The position numbers and the translations under genes are program-made. This document shows positions 35,501 to 43,242 of a stretch of 43,242 nucleotides of DNA, one piece after another (within the stretch, counting starts at the first letter, position 1; each line of letters starts with the position of its first letter). The DNA is from Catajapyx aquilonaris (taxonomy: Eukaryota). The notes beneath the pieces are model-generated. The model did no database searches. It was given only the letters and a program-made list of their open reading frames with translations, and was not told the origin of the DNA. The DNA is taken from NCBI GenBank assembly GCA_000934665.2, contig KZ538871.1:1-43242 (forward strand), in the 5' to 3' direction.

Positions 35501-37015
35501 GGAAATGGCTGGACTAGTGTGGTGGGGTGGCTAGGCCTAGGGTGTTGCACTCTTGGGAGGTACATGTTGCTTGCAACCACTCACCAGGGTGGTGGATTTG
35601 GAAAGTTGCTGTGCAAGGGGTTGGAAAAATATGGGACTGTGCATACTGTGCAACTGAGCATACCACACATCCTCGTTGGCAAACGGATAGGTTTCAGAGA
35701 GGTGCAAGCCACTTGCGAATGTGCGGGAATGAGAGCCAGACTTCTTGAATGAGGAGGGCATTTTGAAATGATGATGACGGCAATTGAAAGCCCTTGTGAA
35801 GTCTATTAGGGTGTGCATGATTAATCCTGCTATTCTTGTGACAGGATGAGAGTCATCTGCATCATTTGTGTCATGGGCCCAAAGTACCGCAATGACTTGG
35901 GAGGGATTTGAAAAAGATCATTGGCCATACGGAAGGGAGATGTGCTAATAATGTTTGCAGGATTATGTAAATGCTCAGGTTCATTTGAAAGGAACTTTTA
36001 AAAGTGGTCAATTTTCACCAGTGTAATATGCATTGAATCCCAACATGACCATAACATTAAAATTGCGAGGAAATTGCCAGGGTTACCCGAGGGTAACATT
36101 GTTCTGGTCATTCTAAAAATTTATGAAATGAAGCATGTGTGGTGTTCCCAGATTGTGATGTTTAGAAATATCTTAAATATGGAGGCATTACTGTATTTGG
36201 TAGCAGTGCATCTTTTAGAGAATCAGCGTTTATAGCTAGTTGGTCCCTGGCACATGACCGTCAGCCACCAGTTAAGCTGCTTAAATTCTTAAATTCTCCG
36301 AGCTTGAATGTATGCTTTACATGAGAATCAGAGAAACACTTGGTGCTGAAGCCTCAGATTTCTGAAACCAATGCCAAACGACCCAACATCAGAATCCATC
36401 TGTGTGCATCTGTGCGTCAAGTTATTGTTGAAGATGTTCTGCACTTGACAATTACTGCATGTGCTTGTGTTGCCAATCCCAGATTGTAACTGCACAAAGT
36501 CATTACCATGGACAAGAAAATTTTAAAAGTTTTCATTCACATTTTTTCAGATTAACACTGAAATGGGGATCCTGATATGTAAATGCGACTGTCTCTATTT
36601 AGAGGTACGTAATTTACCTCCAGTGACTACCTCTGCTACTTTCAATGATCAAAACCATGCACTTTTTTTCTCTCGCTCTCTTACTGGCAAGGGCACTTAG
36701 CAGGCAATGCATTAACTTCATGGTCAAACTCTACAACTCTCAAGGTCACAAAAAGCATTAGTCAACCTTGGAAAGTTTGGGATGTAAAGTCAAATGCAGT
36801 ATTCGTAACTATTAGTTTACATTTTGTGTGTTGCGTTGTTGATGTGATGCTCAAACCACTCTTCTGAGCTGGGCTTTTGATTTCTTGACACCTCAGGACT
36901 TGGTTTCTTGAATGCCGGATGGCCGTTGCCTGCAACCTGCCTCAGGAGCAACAGCAATAGTGTTGCCAGCCGCCACCTTCACTACCACCGCCACCTGGTA
37001 ACCCTGACTTCAAGA

Positions 37016-37110
37016 ATGCCGCTGCCCAGCCGAGCCAGGGTGTATGCGGATGTCAACACGCACAAGCCCAGAGAATACTGGGATTATGAATCCTACGTCG
37101 TCGAGTGGGG
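37016..37110 (+). CDS. CkIIalpha: Casein kinase II alpha, first coding exon
   Basis: [32 protein letters not shown], the diagnostic CK2-alpha N-terminus; phase-2 donor GTCAGT. Confidence 0.96.
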
Positions 37111-37984
37111 GTCAGTGTCAGTGGACTGTTTTTGCCCTCTATTTTTTTTCCTTAGTGCGGACATTCTTGGGTCAGTTCAAAAAGGGCTGACATAATTGCA
37201 AATACATTTATGCAGGGAAAAGTAACTTTGGCACATATAATTATGTAGTCTAAGTATCTATAATCTCATATATGATTGTGTGATACGTGTGACTGGAAAG
37301 TCACATTCACTTGCCAGTCTGTTACCCTACTGCACTTGCAGCATTATTCAAGCGAGTTCAGGTTTTAGGAAGTGCATTTTAGCAAGAATTAAACTGACTT
37401 CTGTCCTTAGTGTTGCAGGAACATGGTGCAATATCAGCCATTAGTGAGAGCAAAGGGGAAGTCCTTATCAACTGTAAGAAGTGGTGGACATTATCAATGT
37501 TTGTCTCAGAGTTGACCACAGAAAAGTTAATTTTTATTAACACTAGTTGAGCCACTTGATTGTGGTTGCACATGTTCCTACATGTTTGTTGCATCCAGTG
37601 TTAGGGTTCCCTAATTCATTTTTACATTGGTTAACTTGAATTAAAGCAGCACTTCTGGTAAACCTCCTGCAATGCTTTGTGATTTGTATGTATTATGAAT
37701 AATTGTTCTGAAATAGGGCAGATTGAGTAATGTCTTGTCGCAGGGGATGTGAATCTACATAATGTGCACCACAGTATATGTCGGTGAAAGCAGGCAATTC
37801 TGCTCTTGATTCATTACTAGTTTCATCAGGGAACAACTGCTGGATGGGTGGGGCAAAGTAACTCTGTTTCAGGGTTGTGATTTGACAGTCTGAGAATTTT
37901 GAGTTGAAACAATCCTGCTTTTAAGGGGAGGATTAACTTTTCACTAAAGAAATTGCAGTTCTCCTTTTTGAAGGCTGCACCTGA

Positions 37985-38236
<252 letters not shown>

Positions 38237-38271
38237 TGAAATGCCATGCTTTTGGCAGGGGTGTAGATGTA

Positions 38272-38296
38272 GTGTGTGTGTGTGTGTGTGTGTGTG
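38272..38296 (+). repeat. (GT)n microsatellite
   Basis: Direct reading. Confidence 0.9.
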
Positions 38297-38744
38297 AAAT
38301 GTAGAAGTAGCAGTATGAAAATGGGTTGAGAAAAATATGCCATTGCGTAACATGAAAAAGGTGACATGGAATGATGGAATCACTAGGTAATTTTCAAAGA
38401 AATGGCATGACTTCAACATCCTGGGCTCTCCACTTAATGGTTAGCCATTTTAACACATGTTCCAGTTATTACATGATTGCTTAACCCAAAGAGGATAGAT
38501 AGATGCCTCTTTGGTTTTCGTTTTTTGAATTTTGAGAGGGACCAGCAAAATAACCTGCTGGCATGTTGTTTTTGACATATGAGAGGCAAAATTGCATTCC
38601 AAGGCTGCATATCATGTGAGGAAACTTTGCACACATCCCAGAGATTAGGTATATTCATTTGTCAGACAGTCGAGCCATGGTGTAAGCACTGCATTAGTTT
38701 CATACAGTGCAGGGGGTGTGGCCTGCCTATATTTTTATTAATTT

Positions 38745-38885
38745 TTAAATTATTCGTTTATTTATTTATTTTAACCTCCCTGCATCGTACCGTAGGGAGG
38801 GAACCTTTTTATTTCGTCTTGATGGAACCTTTGACGTAGCGCCCGGGCCCACAGGCAGGGTGACTGGGAGGGAGTGTGCAAAAAT
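38745..38885 (-). mobile_element. SINE 3' fragment
   Basis: agcgcccgggcccac...gtgcaa matches 24042-24084; TTTA-rich tail. Confidence 0.6.
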
Positions 38886-38988
38886 GCTGGCCTCCTGCTT
38901 GGAATTCAGTGCACATGCAAATGACTTTTTTTTTTACGCGACACTGTGGTGTCACAGCATTACCCCGTATTCGACACCAAAGGTTAAA

Positions 38989-39031
<43 letters not shown>

Positions 39032-39114
39032 TTGAGTTTAGTGCATCGCCCTTGGCATTGGCACAGTACCTTTGTTTTGCTGTTTTTGACACGCTAGTAC
39101 ATGTGGACGTTTAA

Positions 39115-40366
39115 AGGGACACTCCACTCAAAATACAAGTTGGGTTCTAAAAATCGGGCAAATAATCCTGATGCCGATGGTATAAGCAGTTTTTCTGAGA
39201 GACGAACGGTAAGGGCCGGGTGAAAGCTGGAAGTCTGTCGTTCGAAAAATGCGCGCGGCGCAGGTGGCGACGCCACCATAGGAGGGCGAACCGGGCGGAA
39301 CTAGACAAGGGGATGGCGCGAATTAAAGGTGCTTAACGTGCTTTTCCTCCGTCCAAGCTAAGTGATACCTTCTCCCCACCGTTGGGGCTTCTGACTGCCT
39401 TGTTAGCGTCCGTGTAAGGTCGCACGCTCTCTTTTTCCATGATATTTGGTCCCGGAACAGATTAACTGGACTGCACCATCATGGAATAACCGCGACGCGT
39501 TTGAGAATAGTGGCTAATATGTGTTAGGGCCCATAAGATTGCTAATGGCTCTGTTTCAATGACTAATTCCCATATGATGCACTTTTGGTGTATGCCAGGC
39601 TACAGCATTAGTCATTTTGTTGTTAAACAATTGCATGTAGCACTCACTCACCTAGGCGAGGGACGTGTCATTATTTATTTATTTATTTATTTATTTTACC
39701 CCGGGCTAGGCATCAAGGGCCTCTTTGGAGGGTGGCACACCACCATCAGTTTTCTGAATTTCTTTTTCTCTCCGGTGCAAGGGAAGGATAGGGATATGAG
39801 GGAGGGACACTGGTGCTAGTGCATTGTCTATATGTTGGGGGTCATGTGCAGTCCCTCAGGGGGCCCGTTCGCCATAGATGACCCCCTAGGTGCGGGATCT
39901 GAAACACCCCCACAGACCCCCGCACCTCCTCAGGTATGGGACAAGGATAGGAAGGGAAGGAAGCGGCTGTGGTCTGTTATTACGGAAACAACTCCGGGAC
40001 TTCCCTGGAGGGACCGTGGGAAACCACAGAAAACCACGGTCAGAGTTGCTGGCACCGGGGATCGAACCCAGGACCTCCCGATTAGCAGCCGGATACCAAA
40101 TCCGCGCCGCTACCTCTGCTTTGGTGGGACGTGTCATTAGCAGTTACTTGTAGCTGCTAGAAAATCATGTTTAAGCCCCATCCAGGCGTGTGGTTCTCCA
40201 TCTGGCCGCTGGAGGGGTTTTGTCTCCACCACTCGCTGCGTGTGAGACTATTATTTTACGAAACCTAGCCTTACCGTTCGTCTCAGAAAAACCTCTTTTA
40301 CCCTCGGAATCAGGTTTTATTGCCAGATTTTTAAAGCCCGACTTGTATTTTGAGTGGAGCTTCCCT
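39115..40366. mobile_element. Kolobok-like non-autonomous DNA transposon
   Basis: TTAA|AGGGACACTCCACTCAAAATACAAG...CTTGTATTTTGAGTGGAGCTTCCCT|TTAA; about 100-bp imperfect TIRs. Confidence 0.85.
39674..40125 (-). mobile_element. tRNA-derived SINE nested in the Kolobok-like element
   Basis: 14-bp TSD GGGACGTGTCATTA (39660-39673, 40126-40139); B box GGTTCGATCCC; (TAAA)n tail. Confidence 0.9.
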
Positions 40367-40708
40367 TTAACTGTAACACCCAGGTACTGCGAACGATAGG
40401 GAGGATGACAGGAGGGGATGTGCTAGTGCAGTGCAATGGCATATCTGGTCATTTTGTGAGCTCTGGTTAGTCTATCGGAAATACCACCCGAGACGAAGTC
40501 AGAGATGGCCGTAAACTCTACACGAGATGAAGGGGGTTTCCCCGGATGGGATTTGATCCCGGGACCTTAACATCTGTGGGCACATACGTTACCGCAGCAC
40601 CACTTCACCTCCCTTGATTAAAATATACCTATTGTTGCAGCTGATGTACATCAGTGTCTTTATTTTGTGCTCTGTGCATACTGACAATTTTCTCCCATAT
40701 TTTTGCAG

Positions 40709-40921
40709 CCAGTGAAGAAGAAGAAAATAAAGAGAGAGATAAAAATACTGGAAAACCTTCGGGGTGGGACCAACATTATAACCCTTCAAGCAGTGGTGAA
40801 GGATCCTGTCTCTCGTACCCCAGCACTCATATTTGAGCATGTCAACAACACAGACTTCAAGCAGCTCTACCAGACGCTAACAGACTATGACATCCGTTAC
40901 TACCTGTATGAGCTTTTGAAG
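40709..40921 (+). CDS. CkIIalpha: Casein kinase II alpha, coding exon 3 (gene continues beyond window)
   Basis: [20 protein letters not shown]...YYLYELLK with the CK2 basic cluster; ttttgcag acceptor, GTAATC donor. Confidence 0.97.
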
Positions 40922-41225
40922 GTAATCCTACAGCATATTGTGCTATTGAGAGAGAGATTTGAGATAGTCATTCATTAGCAAAGCAACAGAAGGTTTGCTT
41001 TGCAGTTAACTCAAGTGCTTTAGCCAATTGTTTTTACTATAGAATGGCAATAGGAATATGTAAAGAATGGATTTTTAGGTTCTACAAAACCCTCAAATAG
41101 GTAGGCATTTAGGTCCTGAAAACAGTCAAAATAGGCTCTTAAATAGGAAGTAAAAATCAAGCAGGTTCTAATTTATTTTCATTCGTATGCAATACTGCAG
41201 TCAACTAGTAGGAGCTCTGGCCACG

Positions 41226-41372
41226 GAATTTTTCAGCACAGTTACAAACCAGCAGTTCCATATTTTCATTGGTTTGTGGGTGCCGCCTGTCTTACAATAC
41301 ACCTTTACGTGCTGAACATGACCGTTTGACGTCACACGAAACAACTGGATTGTACTTGAAAAGTGAAATGTC
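41226..41372 (-). pseudogene. hAT-like transposase C-terminal fragment
   Basis: Hand translation DISLFKYNPVVSCDVKRSCSARKGVL*DRRHPQTNENMELL resembles the hAT dimerisation motif PxxSxxVERSFS...RR...N; one stop. Confidence 0.7.
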
Positions 41373-42257
41373 TTAAACAGTTCGTTCATCCAGCATGCCT
41401 ACAGCTTCTTCGCCCTTTGCCTTTGCTGATTGAATTGGGAGGGATGCCTTGAAGGGAAAACCCTCATAAAGCAAGGTGTGGTCGCCAAAACTGAATGTCT
41501 AGTGGCCATTCTTGTTTTAAACATTGTCATATTTTCAGTACTGTATTAATTGTTAATTGGGCGCCACAAACACTACACTCACGAAGAAATTCAGCAGGAC
41601 ACAAATTGAAAATATGTGACTAGAATCAGAGCAATAATTTTATTTTTGACAGAAATGCAAATTTGGGAGGAAAAAGCTAGTTGGCAAAAGTGGCGACTAG
41701 ATATCTACTTGATCACCAATTGGTAGTTTTTAGTTGCAAGATGGGACTGGTGACTGGCTAATTTCGAACCCTTTTTGGTCCATGGGTAAATGAGACTTGC
41801 ATGGAGAAGTGTCAGGTTGCTTTGAAAGTAACATCTCCAACATCCCTCCTGCACCCCCCTTTTCAACCCCATTACAATCAGACCAGAGTCAGGTGATCCA
41901 GAAATATTCACTGGAAAGTGGGTGATGCAATTGAAATAATTGTCACAGCCCTGTAAAATGACCAGTGTAGGCCAAAGGATATGGCACCATCCTTATGGGA
42001 AATGGCTTTCGGTTAAATTGTCCCAATTTTTGTAGAAAATAAGATGGTAATCAATTCTTAACATTGCGCCAAGACCTGAAAATCATCAGGTCACCCGCTA
42101 CATCGGGTCAAAGGTCAGCCTATGATTCCCTCATAAGGTCCACCAAATGTGGTGTACCAATGGAACGGGCGTGATTAGCTGGTTGTGAAAAACCACACAT
42201 GTTGACCCCTGTGACCTACAGGTCACGCGCTACTTCGGGTCAAAGATACAACATTTA

Positions 42258-42765
42258 GGGGGGCGCATGAGTAAAAATACGGTAGGCGCAATTTTGAGGG
42301 AATTATATTTTTTGTGGCGAAACTGACGGTTAATCGGAAAAATCAAGCCGAAGGTGCCCTGCGGAAAGGTTTGGCCTTTACTATGGTACCATACTCGATA
42401 TGATTGCATTAAAATTGTGGACATACGGGCGCCGAAGCGTTCCCGAATTTGTCGCGTTCCTCCCGCCATGTTATTCAAATGGGCTTTTGGGAAACGCCAT
42501 TTTCCTTTCACTTCAACTCGATGAAAAGGTCACTTCTAGGCGGAAAATGGTAAAATGATGCCGAAGGTGCCCTGCGCCAGATCATGTCCTATTTTTTGGT
42601 GTAATTTTTGTGTCCATTGCTCCGTTTTTGTGGCCGTACGGCCGCAGAAGCATGGACATGTCGAATCCCCATATGCTGTCCATGCAAACGCAAGTTTGTT
42701 TACGTGGTCGCCAAGGGCTCGCATTGTTACCGATTGTTACCGTATTTTTTTACTAATGCGCCCCC
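42258..42765. mobile_element. Harbinger-like non-autonomous element
   Basis: TTA|GGGGGGCGCATGAGTAAAAATACGGTA...TACCGTATTTTTTTACTAATGCGCCCCC|TTA; interior homologous to 9851-10333. Confidence 0.8.
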
Positions 42766-43242
42766 TTAAGAGCGCGCTCTAGGCTACGCTATCCATTGTT
42801 GCGGGGAGCCCGTCGCGGCCCGGCCCGTGAGTTTGACACTTCTTCCTCTCGCTGTCACGGTCGCAAATATGGAGGTATCGGCATGAAACTGGAGTATATG
42901 GACGCGAAAGAGTTGCACTTTGAGATGGTGCGCTTATTTTTCTCCTGGGGCGATATTTGCGGCCGCCGCGGCCAGGTACAGTTTTTTATTTTGACCCGCA
43001 ATCACTCCTTTCCATGTTGGTACCTGTGAGATTCGAGACCATCACAAGGTTTTTACGCCGAATTACCGTAAGTGTGTGAAAGGGCACGAGAGTGGCAGTC
43101 TTGGTTTGGCCAAACTTTGGGATCGAAAATACCCCCCTCCATGAACAATAACAACTCGCACGAAGAAAGCGACGATCTGGCAGCGCCGCGGTGACTGCCA
43201 GTTACGCAACCACGGCGACGGGGATAAGGTAGAGCGCTAATA

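Larger units (their letters stand above)
38989..40613 (-). mobile_element. tRNA-derived SINE split by a Kolobok-like insertion
   Basis: Head 40400-40613 matches 24060-24286; tail (AAT)14 at 38989-39030; the parts join across the TTAA-flanked insert; own TSD weak. Confidence 0.7.

Noticed and set aside
34575..35752. Long ORFs of 320, 299 and 125 aa over the CpG-rich region
   Set aside because: Low-complexity translations of GC-rich and CT-repeat DNA, open on both strands, with no recognisable domain

Overview
Eukaryotic genomic DNA, probably from an arthropod (inferred from the CK2-alpha sequence, TCAGT initiators and the repeat types). Four spliced plus-strand protein-coding genes were assembled by hand from GT-AG junctions: (1) a divergent CD63-like tetraspanin (5 exons, 1732-8676, 252 aa); (2) a canonical CD63 tetraspanin with the same exon layout (14835-25450, 243 aa); (3) a C2H2 zinc-finger gene (2 coding exons, 27679-29824, about 355 aa); (4) the first three coding exons of casein kinase II alpha (37016-40921, continuing past the window). 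Introns and intergenic DNA hold many non-autonomous transposons whose ends and TSDs resemble Tc1/mariner, pogo, Harbinger, piggyBac, Kolobok, Sola, P and hAT, plus tRNA-derived SINEs. The main points of interest are a four-layer nested insertion in CD63 intron 4, mosaic SINEs sharing heads or tails, CRE plus CLEAR-type motifs upstream of both tetraspanins, and a candidate spliced non-coding transcript divergent from the CK2-alpha promoter. Most ORFs in the supplied track are spurious. Superfamily labels rest on termini and TSDs only; no database searches were run. I found no clearly new biological system.
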